Of a DNA stretch of 64,000 nt, positions 1-14,036 are shown one piece after another. Positions within the stretch are counted from its first letter, which is position 1, and each line of letters starts with the position of its first letter. Position numbers and translations under genes: made by a program. The notes under the pieces were generated by a model. That model saw only the letters and a program-made list of their open reading frames with translations, had not been told where the DNA came from and searched no databases. This DNA is from Epiperipatus broadwayi (lineage: Eukaryota; Animalia; Onychophora). The stretch covers positions 18,600,001-18,664,000 of the forward strand of contig JAQFVV010000004.1 in the NCBI GenBank assembly GCA_028023455.1. The letters are read 5' to 3'.

Positions 1-325
1 CTCGGCCTTTTGGTTATTGCTTGATCTTGTGGTCCATTTCCCCAGTCGGTCATGAAGGCTTTTCCTGGTGTACATCCTTAGGTCCGATGTCTTCAGGAGC
101 TCCGGTTCACTGCGACATGCCGAATTCCTTCAGCGAAGAGCGATCTTGGACATATCAATGTTATCCAAGACCAACTAGAGAAACAAAACGAACAAGATGT
201 CCTTCAAACTGATCTCTGCCTTTTATACTCTCTAGAGGCCCAGTTTTCCGACTTCTGCGCATATCTTTTGTTTGTCCAAATATCCGTTGATAATCTTATA
301 TATTCTTTATAAAATTTATGTTACA
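1..325 (-). mobile_element. Probable LTR 5' part (truncated by window start)
   Basis: Minus strand begins TGTAAC at 325, has TATAAAAG at about 221-228 and a GC/CpG-richer tract than background; no coding domain seen. Confidence 0.4.
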
Positions 326-1089
326 AAAGTCTCTATTTTTTTCAGCATAATTCTGCCATCTTTAATTAGTTGAAATATTTTTACTTTCTCTTATCTAGAT
401 TGGTAATTTTGTGTCTTTTGTTCTCTCCAATTCTAACTTTTATTTCTAATTACATAAAAAAAACCGAAAGAATAATTTAACTTTCATTGTACGTTATTTT
501 TTTTTTAAAAAAAAATTAGTCAAAAAAAAAATCTAAATCTACTTTTATTTTTTTAGCTTCTACCAAATGCCAATATATTTGCAACGTATATAAATAAACG
601 TTACAATATATATATATTGTATTTGTTTATATTTTGTACAGTGTGGATATGTTTTAACTTATTAAATGCATATAATTAATAAACGTACTTAAAAATGTGA
701 TTTTGTTCCCATTCAACAATTAAATCAATGTTTTATTAAAAAGTTATTTTGTGATTCTATCAAATTTCTTTATAGGCCAGTATTTAATGAATTGCTGAAA
801 AAGAAATTAAGGTATCAAGTTTTATACTTTCTTTAAACTAAACAGTCTAAATTTCATAATATAATGTGCTTAAAAAAATACTTCTAATTTAACATTTAAC
901 TACAAATTTTCAACAAATGAAAATGGTAATCTTAACTGAGATCATATGGACAATGATAGACAATCATTTTATGCTAATAAATCGCCATCTTAGTGGCAGT
1001 AAATTTAAGACCAAATTTAAAAAAATAATAATAATAATAATAAAAATGTTAAGACTGTTTAAAACTAAAAGAATTTAAGTAAATGTTTG

Positions 1090-1912
1090 GGTAAAGATTT
1101 ACTTTAGCGACCAGAGCATATTCGCCATCTAGTTTTTAAAATTAGAACTAAAATATTCTAAAATCTTACATATCTGCTCCTATATTACAATTACAGTAAT
1201 ATTTATTAATTAAAACGTAAAAGATAATATAAAAAAAAGCATTTACCTTTTTAAGCATAATTATGCCCTATGCAAAAAAAGAAAAAGGCGGCAGTGCTAT
1301 ATCTACTGCGGAAGGCAAATTCTTGGAGGTACGATGAAAATAAAGCTCTGCTGGTACCAGATTGGAATTTCAGCTTACGCTTCACTCTCATCCACATATT
1401 CTCAATATTCTGGGTGTGTATGTCTTGGTCTTCGGGATTCATGAAGTTGTCCTGGTGGATGACAACCGAATGCATATATACCCCATTGCTGAGTCTGCTG
1501 ATATTATTGTATGCAACCCAGCCATCTGAAATTATGTGAGTACCTGATAAAATGTACCGCTGGATTCATCCATTCTGCCGAGAACCATCGGATTTGTGTC
1601 TAAATATTTGGCACATTTTTCACGACAAAATGCCGATGTTTTTTTTAGTTTAAATTGTTAAGTTATAAATGTAGATAGTTTAAATTCTTAAGTTTCAAAT
1701 AATTTAAACTAATTATTTTAATTAATTTACTGTAATTATTTCAATTTAAAATGGTAAATATTTTTTTTATCTTTTACATTTTAATAAATTTTAATATAAT
1801 TGTAATATAGTAGCATATACGTAATATTTACGTATAATTATTTACTTCTAATTTTGAAAACTAGAGGGTGAACATGATTTTTATGTTGTGGTCGCTAAAG
1901 TAAACCTTTACC
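1090..1912 (-). mobile_element. Non-autonomous Merlin (IS1016/ISXO2-like) DNA transposon with internally deleted transposase
   Basis: 23-bp TIR GGTAAAGATTTACTTTAGCGACC / GGTCGCTAAAGTAAACCTTTACC; 8-bp TSD AATGTTTG / AATGTTGG (1 mismatch). Minus-strand peptide GTHIISDGWVAYNNI...HTQNIENMW...GTSR...SYLQEFAFR contains the second D and the E of the DDE triad. Confidence 0.87.
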
Positions 1913-2899
1913 AATGTTGGATCTTAATTATTAACTTTAAAAAACCAACAAATGTCTAAATGAAAAAAAAAACATAAATTGAATACTGCATTTGAAAGTT
2001 AAAATTTATTAACGAAAATTGGCATATTTTATTTTATGACGGAAATGTTTCTTTATCATCTGCTTCTCCAGAAAGAGTGGAAAAAACTGTTAATAAAATA
2101 TTTTTCAGGGAAACCACGGATAACTAATAAATTTTTACAGTTAATAATAATTATAGATAATTGTCATATTTTAAAACTAGCTAGTTAATATTAAATTGTG
2201 TCATATACTGGATTCATACCTGTTCATGTTTAACGTAGTATATCGTATTCTGTGCTTGTCTACTATCTTAGTGAAGTTGTAGCTGCTTTGTTGTTTTTTA
2301 TACAAAATAAATAAGTAAATATATTGGTTTGAAAAATACTAATGCGTTGATATTATTCCCATAGCTAACGACGTGGGACCTCGCACCGTAAATTATCTGC
2401 CTACTGTCGAGGAAACTTTACTAATGAACTGAATTTATCATCATCATCATTACTATTGTAATTTTTATTTTTTTTAAAAAAAAAAAAAAAGGTTATATAT
2501 TTTATGCTTTATTTTACATGTCAATGTATCTTACTGTACCATCTGAAATTGTCTCAAGGAGTTTACAATAAAGTGTGTAGAGATTTTTATTACACACACG
2601 TAATTTTAAATATATTGGCAAAGGGTTCAAATTTAAAATTGCCTATTCTTTATAACTTAGGACAAATAATCATTACAGGTGTGTTTATCAGAAGTTTTAA
2701 TAATTTTTCTGAATCTCATTGGTAGCAGAAATTATATTTTGAATTTTTCCGAGAACAAATTTATTTCGTTAACCATCTAATTAATAGTATCTATTGCATC
2801 AATCTGTCCACTTAATTTCATAAATATTTATTATGCTCATTGTTTTTAATGTGTTTATAGTCGTTTTGACTAATACTTTCCTGTGGGTTTCGAATATTA

Positions 2900-3460
2900 T
2901 TTAATGCGTGGATTTAATGATGGTACAAGCTTTATCATTAGGAATAAATTTGTATCTTGCCATTGTGAGAAATAGTTAGGCTTTATACCTCTAGATTTAT
3001 CAAATAGTATATTATTTATGATGTTTATGGGATGGAAATGATATCCCATTATTATTATATGTATTTGCCATGAGAAGACAGTGTTCCAAAATATTTTATA
3101 TAGTTTATTTAGTTAGATTCCATGGAGAGAATCATGTCTTTGGTGTGTTTTCCCTTTTCTAGGTGGTAAGACTGTGTCTTCGCCTACACTTATGCTTGAT
3201 AGATAAGCATGGGAGCCACCATTAGTATAGTCAGGTTGTCTTACTCTAAAGAGCTTATTTAGTGATGTTGTCCCTCATATGCTATTTAAAAGACTAGATT
3301 GTCCACCACAGAAGGTGTAGACTACTGTATTTATAAATGTTATGGCAATGATAGCTAGTTATTGAGGTAGTAATTTTCAGTGCTTTGGTTAGTCATAATA
3401 ATATCCGTATGGTGCTACTGTGCTTTGCCAGTAGTATACAAGTAAATCACGAGATTTAAT
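2900..3460 (-). mobile_element. Possible highly decayed non-LTR retrotransposon RT fragment
   Basis: GC-richer tract with only vague echoes of RT motifs (e.g. 'VGEDTVL' like FADDT); many stops; boundaries approximate. Confidence 0.2.
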
Positions 3461-4339
3461 AATTTAATTCCTCAATTTAAAGCATGGCATGATAGGAATA
3501 CACAGACACAATGTTATTTATATACATCATATGGAGCAATTCGCCGAGGGGTTTTGTAAGTTTCATAAATTTTTAAATTTAATATTATTATGTGGACATT
3601 AAATAAGTTAAATATCAATGTATATGTGACTTCTGATGAATGCTTTTTATTTACCATTTAGTTTTAAATTTAACATAGTGTGAGGCAGTTGTAATGTAAT
3701 GATGACAGTTATCATCATATTAGCCAGCTAATTTAGAAGCAGCAGTAGAATATATTGAAGTTAATTTTCATAATTTTGTTATATTATTTTAATAGTAAGA
3801 TATCATAAAGGCACTAAGATGTAAAATATATGGAAAATGTTAAGTAGCTTATGGTGCAAGCTAGCCAACTATTGTAATTATTATTTTCAAGTTCATTAAT
3901 GTTTGTTTAATGCCTTAGTTGAAAGTAGAATAAATTGTGATTTCAAATAAATATTTAGCCAGGAATCATAATCATTTATGATCATAGATTTTATTGTGCA
4001 GTTTTGAAAACCAAGAAGTACTAGTTTTGACATAAAATGAACTTAAATTGGTAACTGCTCAGAGTTAAAATGGACAGGATCTAGTAGCTATGATGTGTAA
4101 GCTGTGATTATATTAGTGTGCTGTAAATAATTTTTTTTAATGTCTAAATGTAATAAATGTATTTTTAAAATTTAGTTTTTAAGTATTTTTCTGTATGAAA
4201 TTCTTCTCTTTGGTACACAAAATGAAATAAAATGTATCTTTTCAAATCGGATAATTATAATTCTCATGATCCAAAATTTACTAATAATTAATAATAAAAA
4301 AAGTGATATCATTTTGTTTTAATTTTAAAAAAAAATTAG

Positions 4340-4466
4340 ATTGACAACTGTTCATTTAAGTATTGCAGTGGATGTATCCATCCGTAATGCAGACTGCACA
4401 TTATTAACCTATTGTCAGAATTTAAATATTGTAAATGAAGTATTTTATCTGTGTTGTTTGGGATAA
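4340..4466 (+). CDS. Candidate terminal exon A of an unidentified plus-strand gene (LTTVHLSIAVDVSIRNADC...FYLCCLG*)
   Basis: ag|ATT acceptor, 41 codons to TAA, shares AVDVS with candidate exon B; weak pyrimidine tract. Confidence 0.22.
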
Positions 4467-6870
4467 TAGAGGGAAATGAAATGTGCCCTTTTCCTTCTAT
4501 TATTTGAATGCCATTCTAGGTAAAAGGCTATAAATATTCTAAATTTATTTACATGTTTTTTTTTATTTATTAGATATTTGTTGAATAAAGTAAGCATTTT
4601 CTTTGGTAATCTATGTGATTATCATTATGATATTAATCAGATGCATTAGCTTGTTAGGAAGTGTATGTTCTTAAAGCCTGCTAGAATGTCAGTCATTTGC
4701 CTTGCAACACTATACCATTAAAATATTTGATAAAATACCAGAAAGAAAACCCCGAGATCTTTATTTGGCATTATAAGAAAAGATTATTTCTTTATTCTAC
4801 AAAATGTAAAGGAGGTCAAATCATATCATTGGATAATATTAAACTATACAATAGAGTTGGTTAATCATGAGCCTATTAAGAGAATACGTTTGAAAGTGCA
4901 AATATTTATAGCTCAGAGTTTGATTGAGATGAAGGTGGAAATTTACTGTATTCTAAATTATTTACTAGGGAATGATTGAGGTTTTATCTCTTCCTAAAAT
5001 TATATGTTTTATTTGGAATAATTTATTCTATCAGAGTTAAGTTCTTCCTTGGTCTTAATTATATATCTCTGTAGCTAATTATTTATATGTAACCGACCAC
5101 TGAGCTTAGTCTACTTTATAATCCTTATTGTTATCTGTAAGAATCTCAACCCAACCCAGATATTGTGTAAAAGATATGTGTCCAACAATCAGAACTTGTT
5201 AGAGTTTTGTTTGAAATATTTCTATAAGAGATAAAAGGTCTCAAATTAGAGATAGGACAGAGAGGGTGATTGTTGATGGGAGGATCTTCTTCTTCAATTT
5301 TCTTTAGGTTACAATATATAACTTCAAATTTAGCGACTCACAAAAATAATTAGTTATTTTCAATTGGGTGAAATATTTTCAAAGATTTGTTCACTAATTC
5401 CAATCCATATCCCATGTGATCTCTTTCTGGATATTTTAATTTCTTGGATTTTACATTAGAATTTCTCTTATTCAGCTTGTCACTTCTAGTCAATACCACC
5501 AGACATGTACCATTTCAATTCCTTTTACTTATGTAATTAATATTTTTTGGTTCTCATCCAGATATTTGTGATTTCATCTTACAGTGAAATATATTCATTT
5601 TACTGCATTTTACATATTGCATCTCTATTTAGACCCAAAAGCTTAAAATCTATAAATAAGTACTGATAGAATTTTTTTCTTTGACTAATTTCATCCATTA
5701 TGATTTTATTTCCTATGTATAATCTTATTCTTTTATAAAAAGTTTATTTTTAGCTAATGTGATTTTCAATATTTTAACTACTCCTTAAGACTTCTAAATA
5801 TTTCATAAATTTAATTTTCCTTGCATTTATTAGAAATTTAATCATTTAGATTTATTATTTTATTTCAATAGTTACAATAATTATGATCATATAGAATATG
5901 GATTTAACATTTAATTATATCTCCTACGTAAATATTAAATAAAACATAGAATAATAAATACTTTTATTTATTTTGCTATTCCACTGAGTAAAAAAAATTT
6001 TTAATTTTTATTAACCAATATGATGAATGCTATACATATTAATGACATATGAAATGTTATATAAATAGAATAAAAATTTATATTTTATAAAGATATATAG
6101 CTTCTAAAAATTGAATTTACAGAAATTAGAATATTCTTGGTAATAATAAAATAAATGGTATAATATTTTTAGCTCAACTTTCTACCATCTCAGGATATAA
6201 GCCTCTAATGAACAGAATTTCAGCTGAGTAAATGAACAATGGATCATTCTATTACATCTAATATTAAAATTAACAAAGAACTATATACATTCACAAAGCT
6301 AATAATGAAAATATGCTTTGGATGTTATTACTAACATATTTTAGGGGGAAAAAAAATTTAGGGTAATTCTTTCTCATTAGATTTTTTTCAAATGTCACTT
6401 TTTCCTTCATCAAAAATAAGATAAAAATAGTGACAATATCAACAATTGTTACTCGATAAAAAAATAGCATATCAATTTTATTTCTTGTAGAATCTTTATC
6501 TGCAAAGGATATTTATATTATAGAAATTATATTTTCCAAGACATATTATAGCAACATTTGGAGGGCAAATTATTGATAAAAATATTATTTCATGAATAAA
6601 TTGAGATTTTATTTGAAATAATGCCAATTGTAGGAATGGCATTTTTCTTCAGAATGATGTAAATTCATTGGACCATTGTGATCCCAAAACTTCTGTTATC
6701 ATCAAATTTATCAAACATTACACATTTCTCTAATAAATTATACCATTCAAAAGTCTTTACTGAAGTAATAGTTGAAAAGCATCAATATGTTTTTACTTCA
6801 ATATCCAGTTTTTATGGAGAGTTATAGGAATTACTATAGCTTAAATAATTCTGACTTTCATTTGTAAAGA

Positions 6871-7078
6871 TATATCCTAAAATGTAAAGATTTCTTCTAA
6901 TCTTTTTATTGGCAACTCTTCCTTATGTTGATCTAGTTAATGTTCTGACATCTGGATCCTTTGTTACAGAGTATATCCTAAAATGTAAAGATTTCTTTTA
7001 AGCTTTTTATTTGCCACTCTTCCCCATGTTGATCTACATTTAATTTTCTGACAATTGGATCCTTTGTTAGTGAGTATA
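6871..7078. repeat. Two-copy tandem duplication, period about 101 bp
   Basis: tatatcctaaaatgtaaagatttc...ggatcctttgtta repeated at 6871 and 6972. Confidence 0.85.
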
Positions 7079-7926
7079 GGATTGTTTTCCAGATTAATGG
7101 TTTGAATTTGTCAATACTTTTATTGTTATTTTGTTTTATCCAGTAGTACTATTAATTTTTGTAATCTTATATTTTGATGACAATATTTCAAAACTAATTT
7201 GACATTGTCTTACTATATGCGACCAGATATTCTTTTTGAAATCTTTTCCAATACTTTAAAAAATAAATAAATAAACTGAATGGCTAATTTTCTGTACAAA
7301 CTAAATGTTTTTCAAGAGATGAAATAGATTTTGAAAGGTACATTATCAGCGTGATTGTTTCAAATTCATTCAAAAATCGAATTTCTAAGATAATAATAAA
7401 AATATCTTACTGATAAATTTCAACATTTTTTTTTTTATTGACTTTGATATTACTATCCCTGAAAATTTTTTGTACTGTATAATATTCATGTTACGAAGGG
7501 AGACCAATTTGCATTCTACAATAAAAATGTTTACAATTTTTTTTTAATAAGCCATATTGCTTTATCTAATATCAATGAATCATGAAATTGTGATTATGTA
7601 ATAATGCAATTTTAATGCAAAATGATTGGCAATCATTTATAAGAAGTTCATTAATAAATGCATCCAAATTTGCATTATTAAGGATCTAAGCAATTTAAAC
7701 TGTTTAAAGTTTTTGAATTAATTATTGCACTAGCAAAACTAAATGACACTGTAAAAGCTTTTTAACTACTCATATTATTGTAAAATATACAAATTCCATT
7801 TTAATTCAAAGTAAATTGGGAGAGGGGAGGGTGATAGTTATCGCTGAATAATTTGTAGTATAATTGTTATAAAATTTATTCATTAAATTATTGAATAATT
7901 TCGGGCTTTGTCAGGATTGTCTTATA

Positions 7927-8170
7927 TTAAAACAGCAAAACTCTCCATACAGTAGTGCTACTCAGTGCAAGCCAGAGTAATCAATGGATGCCAGAAGGCT
8001 TGTGCGTAAAATCCCTATCTAGTGTCTACTCATCCAATATCCCCAGACTAGTTTCTAGGTTGTGGTTTCGTCAGCGAGGAGCCTTGGATCTGAGAGCATT
8101 GTACTAAGTGGAGAGTTTTGCCTGTTTTAATAACAGTTATGAGCAAGCATAAGAAATAGTGATCATGTGA
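7927..8170. mobile_element. Hairpin MITE family B, copy lacking the left outer arm
   Basis: ttaaaacag(g)caaaactctcca...tggagagttttgcctgttttaa inverted repeat; homologous to 62885-63050 and 63280-63574; flanked by direct repeat GATTGTCTTATATT (7915-7928, 8169-8182). Confidence 0.75.
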
Positions 8171-10404
8171 TTGTCTTATATTCCAGCAAATATATTCATC
8201 CAGCTCATTGAGTTCACCATGTACTTATTGAGAAAAGAATGATCAAACTATTATAATCAGGATAACCATTTTTAATGAAAGTGTCTTTTCAAACTATTGC
8301 GATATCTTGCAACTACATTTAAAATTATATCAAAATGTTATAAAATGTATTGTCATTTTAAGATTTTTATTTTAAAAAGATTAGTAGATATCTTAAAACA
8401 CAATTATCCAGAGTTCTGCAGCTTCAGAAGTACAGCATTTCCTCTGAAAGAGGAACTCCAATCTTAATTCCCATTAAATTGTTAAAAAAATATATCAAGT
8501 AATTTTCTACCTAAAAATTTGTAAAATAATCATTAAACAAGCAAAAAGATTTGTTAAAAAGGAATGAAGAGATATTGAGGAATCACAAAAGAAATGATAT
8601 TTAATATATAGTAGAATAAAACTGTTTGATAGAGAAAGCATCATGGCTGGAATGAAGCAATAATTAGATGTTTAGATTATTAATAGAGAGCAGTGGATCT
8701 TAAAGAGATAGGGCAAATATATAAACTAGTATATTAGAAATAACAAGAACTAAAAAGATTATGAGGTGAAAGCTATAAAAATCACGATAAAAAATAATAA
8801 ATCAAAAGATTTGGAAAGATTAATTTTGAATTATTAGAGACCTAATATAATTTATAACTTAGGACTGTGGCAACTAATTTCTTTTCAATGGTTACAATTC
8901 TTTCAAAGATATATAAAAATAAAAAAACAAATGCTGTAAAATATAAGAATTTTAAAAGTTAGTTTAATCTCATCTGTAACTAGAGGTTTGATGAAAATCT
9001 TTTAACATTTCCCATAAATTAAGACATATCTATAGCTGAAGAGCAGTTTGTGTCTAAAAAAAATAAAAAGGCAAAAGACACAATTGGAATAATAACTACT
9101 CTGAGATAAATTGAGAATTAAGAAAATATTTTTAGTATTTTTAAAAAAATATTTGGTGGAATGAATGGGATATTTTGAAAAATGATTAAAGACATATGAT
9201 AGAAATTTGTATTTTAATCAGTCTTCATGCAGAAAATATAAATGAGAATGATATAAGGGCTATTTGGGGTGGGGGGTTGATTAAATGATTATTTGTAACA
9301 ATTGTGGAAATCAAGTTGAGCTTAATCAAATGTAATAATTGATTAGATTATGTGGGTTTGTAGTAGAAATAAAACTTAAGTAATGAAAATAGAAATGTAA
9401 AGATTACGAATAAGCATGCAATAGAAAAGTGTAAATAATTGTTAACTTGAATCTGGTGATGGAAAACTAAGCTTTTAATGAAGATAGCTTATTTTATGAT
9501 TGAAATCAGTTTTAAGAAAAATGTTTTGTTTGGAGTGTACTTTTTATATAGAGAATATTATTCTAGGTAATGGAAGTTTTAAAGATATTTGGAGAACAAA
9601 AGATATGAATGAAAGTTTGAGATTAGCAATGTAAAATGGGGGGAAATTAGTTGAGAAAATTAACATACAGGATTCAGCATTTTTTAGGCAGGAGTGACTG
9701 AACAGAAAAAGAAGTATATGGTTATAAAGAAGCAAGCAGCCATGATTTTTTAAGAGTAGAGAACAGAAAATCTTGGAAAGTGTTTTGACTAGGCATAAAG
9801 AATCTGACTTTTTGGCATATTAATGAAAAAGAAATATGTATTTGAATTAACAATAGACAATTAAGAGGATACAATAACATAATGGGTTTCTTTATGGATA
9901 AAAAAATATTGAAAATGTATGTGTTTTGAATGAAGATACAATAGATAATAAACCAATATATATTTATTATTAAAGGATTTAGTAACATATTGGATTTCTT
10001 TAGGGATAAAAAAAATATTGAAAATGTAAACTATTTCTATAAACTGTGATTTAAAAAATGGCTAGTCATTTTGAAGATTTCTAAAAATTTTAAATTCTAC
10101 CTATTTATATAATGTTACATCTATATTAAAATAGAATCTTTATCATTTATTATAGAGTTAGAAGCTGTGATAAGAAATCAGTTTCTAAAAACTATAAATT
10201 GTCCCAAATTTGTTGTGGACAAGTGATGAATCCTTTGAGAAATTTATTCGCTGCTTAAAATTTAGAAGTTTTCTTTGTTCCTGATAATTATTTGATATTG
10301 AAAAAGTACACTCTGATGTACTTTATTACTATTAAAAAATGTAATAAAATAATTTTTAATATAATAGTAATTTGATTAATGATTATAGTTTTTTTTTTTT
10401 TTAG

Positions 10405-10513
10405 ATTAGTTGCTGTTGATGTCTCTCAACCTTCAGGTCCATTAGGATATATTAAAAAATGGCTTAAACAATTTTTTAACAAAAAAAGTGGGAAAAAAGA
10501 AAAAGAAGATTAA
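10405..10513 (+). CDS. Candidate terminal exon B of an unidentified plus-strand gene (LVAVDVSQPSGPLGYIKKWLKQFFNKKSGKKEKED*)
   Basis: T14-ag|ATT acceptor, coding-like composition, TAA at 10511-10513. Confidence 0.45.
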
Positions 10514-12615
10514 ATTGTATTTCACTATTGCAATTCCAAGTGTGCATTTCTGATACTGCATTTTAATGTGACCTTTATAAGTGAAAAATTTTACCTATAA
10601 TGGCAGTTGTTTGAAATTCTTGACATAAAGAACAGAGAAAAACATGTCTGTTCATGAAAGCATGATTACTTTTATGCTATTAAAAAGATCCCCCGAAGAG
10701 AATTATTTGTAAATAATTTTTTGTTGTTGCAAATTCTCAGTTGCGTAGAACGTGGAAGTATTTTGTTTTTTTGCAATGAATGAACACATCTGGTTAGAAA
10801 TTAGGATAATTACTAATAATGGAATGACATAAATGCAGTTATAATATTAGAGCTTGACTTTTAAAAATTTATGAAGACTTAAAATATTGTCATCTTCGTT
10901 AACTTTTTTCTTTTGTTATTTTTGAAAGACAAATGTTTCTTAGATTTTATAATAAATTGTTTTGTTTTTTTTTGTAAATAGATCTGTTTATATATATACT
11001 GTATATCACATTTATAAATAAAGTTTTTATAAATAAAGTTCTGAATCTGAATTTATTGTTGTGGCATTAAGTAATCATAGTGTAAAACTTAACTGCTGTT
11101 ATAAATTATAGTGTGGGACTCTGGATTTCAAGATGCATGGATTGCAGCCCAGACCTATCACAATTATCAAACTTTTTTTTTTTTTTTAAAAAAAAAAAAG
11201 GCATTTAGCGTGAAGTGAACAGAATTTATTTTATTTAGTTTCAAGCTTTTTAATTTGATACTAATTGAATTTAAAAAGTTATTTTAAAATTAAGTAATAT
11301 ATGTCAAAATTACACTAAAAATTATATCCTGTATTGCAGAACAAACATGAAATAAAGAAAACAGAAAGGCACCACTTGAAAATTAAAAAAATTGTCAAAG
11401 AGCAGCTCTTAAGATGAAAATGAACTGCATTAATGTATGATAATTGTTGAATCTGTATAGAAATTTGATTCTTTCAAATAGCTTATAGGACACAATAATG
11501 ATATTGGATATTTTTTTTGTATTACTATTGTTATAATTTTGCCAACCATGATTTAGCTTAAATTTTTTAGAAACCCTGGAAGCAGAACCTTTTGCGGTAA
11601 TCAAGAGAAAAGTTAAGTTCATAATATCTACTGGTTTTATTAGCTTGAAATTAGAGAAACGATTTAAGAGAATCTAGTAATTCTGCCCTAATGATGCTGT
11701 TCTGTTTCTGTCAAACTTGGATTTAAGATATATATTTCTTTTAGAGGTAATGCTATAACTATCAAAACTATGTAAAAGTGACTAGCTCTCATAAAATTGT
11801 TTTCTATAAACTCTCCTTTTTAGCTCTATCTAGAGATTTTATAAGTTGGTCAGCAATTTTTGATCTTTGTTAGACATATTATAGGCCACAAAGTTTATTC
11901 TCAAGAAATGGACACTTTGGCAGTTGTAGTCATCTTATCTTAAATTCCATCCCTGCACAGAGTGATAAAACTTTATTTATTCTGGCTATGAAGAGAAAAG
12001 ATCTAGCATTAATAATTAGATCAGCAATTAATGATTTATCATTTTTTTGTTGAAACAAAACAAAATAGAGCTGAATGAAATGTTTCTCTGTTTGATATAG
12101 TAAAATAAATGCATGTTTAATGCTATTCATTCTAACACTGACAATCTGTTTTATCCTCAAAAAGTATAGGAAGATGAGAGGTATGACTAGTTTGTGTTAG
12201 GTTTCTAAACATTGCATGTATAAAAATTATCCAAATGGTGGTTGCTGTATCATTTAGAATTATCTTCAGCAGAAATTGCTTTGCAAAATAATCTAAAATA
12301 AAGTTACAACATGTGAAGTATGCATTTTGTTGAACTAATACTGAAACAAAGAATTTCAAATGATAGGTCTTAACAATACGGTAGTGAACAACTAATTTAT
12401 AGAGCTTCATTTTTGAAATATCCTCAATATTAAGTTGAAGTAATTTTAGGTTTTTAGTTGGAAGAAATCATTCTGTCAAGGACAGATTTGGTAATCTGAG
12501 ATGTTTCAGAATGGTTATCACTATAATTTTCTAGTTATTATAACTCACCAAAGATCACGCATCATGTAAGAATAATAGATCATAATTCAAATTGTTATAT
12601 ATATATATCTTTTAG

Positions 12616-12679
12616 ATTAGTAGTGCAGGTTGCTGCAAGAAAACCAGATATCACAAACTGGATTATATCTTCCAAATAA
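12616..12679 (+). CDS. Candidate terminal exon C of an unidentified plus-strand gene (LVVQVAARKPDITNWIISSK*)
   Basis: tcttttag|ATTAGT acceptor (same first 6 nt and phase as exon B), GC-richer 64 nt ending in TAA. Confidence 0.3.
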
Positions 12680-14036
12680 GTATATACTTATTTATTCAGT
12701 TTATTTTGCCATTAATAATATTGACTAATTTTGGTTAATTATACATTTAACATAGCTGAAATTGATAGCAAGTGGCATTACATTTTTATACACATTATAT
12801 TATTTATAATTCACAATTGCAATATAGTAATTATTTGTATTGAAACTTAACAATTTGCAATGAAGTCAAATTTTAAGGGTTATTTTTATTTTGACATTGT
12901 TTTGTGAAGTTCTTTTAATAATCATTGTCAAGCATACATATCAATGTCTGTAATAGTATTCATTTAGGATATTGGGTTGTCTAATATTTTCTGTTTATGC
13001 TACATTAGAAATAAGTTCTATTTTTTCCATTAACTTTATTTAATTTCAATGTACTCTGACCCTTTTGATTATATAAATATTGAAGTCAGGATTGATAGCT
13101 TATCAGAGAATACATTGATCTTTTCTTAGGTGTTTTAAATTACATTAACAATAATAATCAAATGATTTTTTTGCTGTAGTTTATAATAAGTTCAAGTATT
13201 AGAAGTGACATGGCTGAACTACTTACTGTAGATCTTAAACTCCAAAATTTACTACTATACCATTGCCCTAATGCTGGTATTGAAAGCACAGATCCAAAAT
13301 GAATTTTCTTTTATAAATCCTATTTGAATTTGATTTTATGATTAACATATCTTGCCATATAAAAAAGATGGTATAAAAGTTAATGCAGATAATAAAATTA
13401 AACGAAAATTATGATCAGGAATTAAATGACAAAAAACATGTCTTTTTTTTTTTTTGTCAGAATTATTCACTAATTTCTTTTCTCTATGTAGTTTTTTACT
13501 GGTTAAGTAGGTCTTGTACAGCAATTCTACAATTTTGTCCAAGCCTATCCTTTATTCTATTCTTCAAACATACATAAATACTTTTCTTTCCCTTCCAGAG
13601 AGACGGATCCAATAATTATATCAATAGTCTAGAACCATATATCTTTAGAGCAGACTACATTTAGATCAGCAAGAAACTGCTATAAACAAATTTTATCTTT
13701 TACAGCTCATACTGAACTAAAAATAACTAATGTTATCTTAATTGTAATATCAGCTTATGATTATTGGGAAAAATAGTCTCCAACAGAAAAAACTGAAATG
13801 ACATTAAATGGTAATTGTATCAAATATAAATTTTACAGAGGGAACAATCTCTCACAAAATTTAGTTCACTCATCTATTTATTTAATATATTCATTAAATA
13901 TATATATATCTTCCAGAAATAGAATGCAGAAAATTCACTTCGAAAAGAGATCTTCATGAAATAGAAGTTTCTTAATAAAAATATAAGTTTGAGATCTTTT
14001 TCAAAGACTAAGGTCTTAGATTTCCCAAATATAATA

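Noticed and set aside
55-97. CTGAAGA-CATC/GATG hairpin followed by GAAA on the minus strand (HHR-like)
   Set aside because: A 7-8-nt insertion separates helix II from GAAA, and no helix I or III pairing is present.
1270-1539. 89-aa plus-strand ORF
   Set aside because: Antisense shadow of the Merlin transposase fragment.
7895-7915. CTGACAA...CGAAA on the minus strand
   Set aside because: No helix II and no helix I complement.
9544-9988. Hydrophobic F/I/L-rich ORFs here and in similar tracts (11.4-13.6, 28.8-29.2, 54.2 kb)
   Set aside because: Composition expected from AT-rich non-coding or decayed repeat DNA; no domains or splice support.
10224-10288. C/D box snoRNA candidate (GTGATGA...CTGA) upstream of candidate exon B
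   Set aside because: No terminal stem and no recognisable rRNA/snRNA guide.
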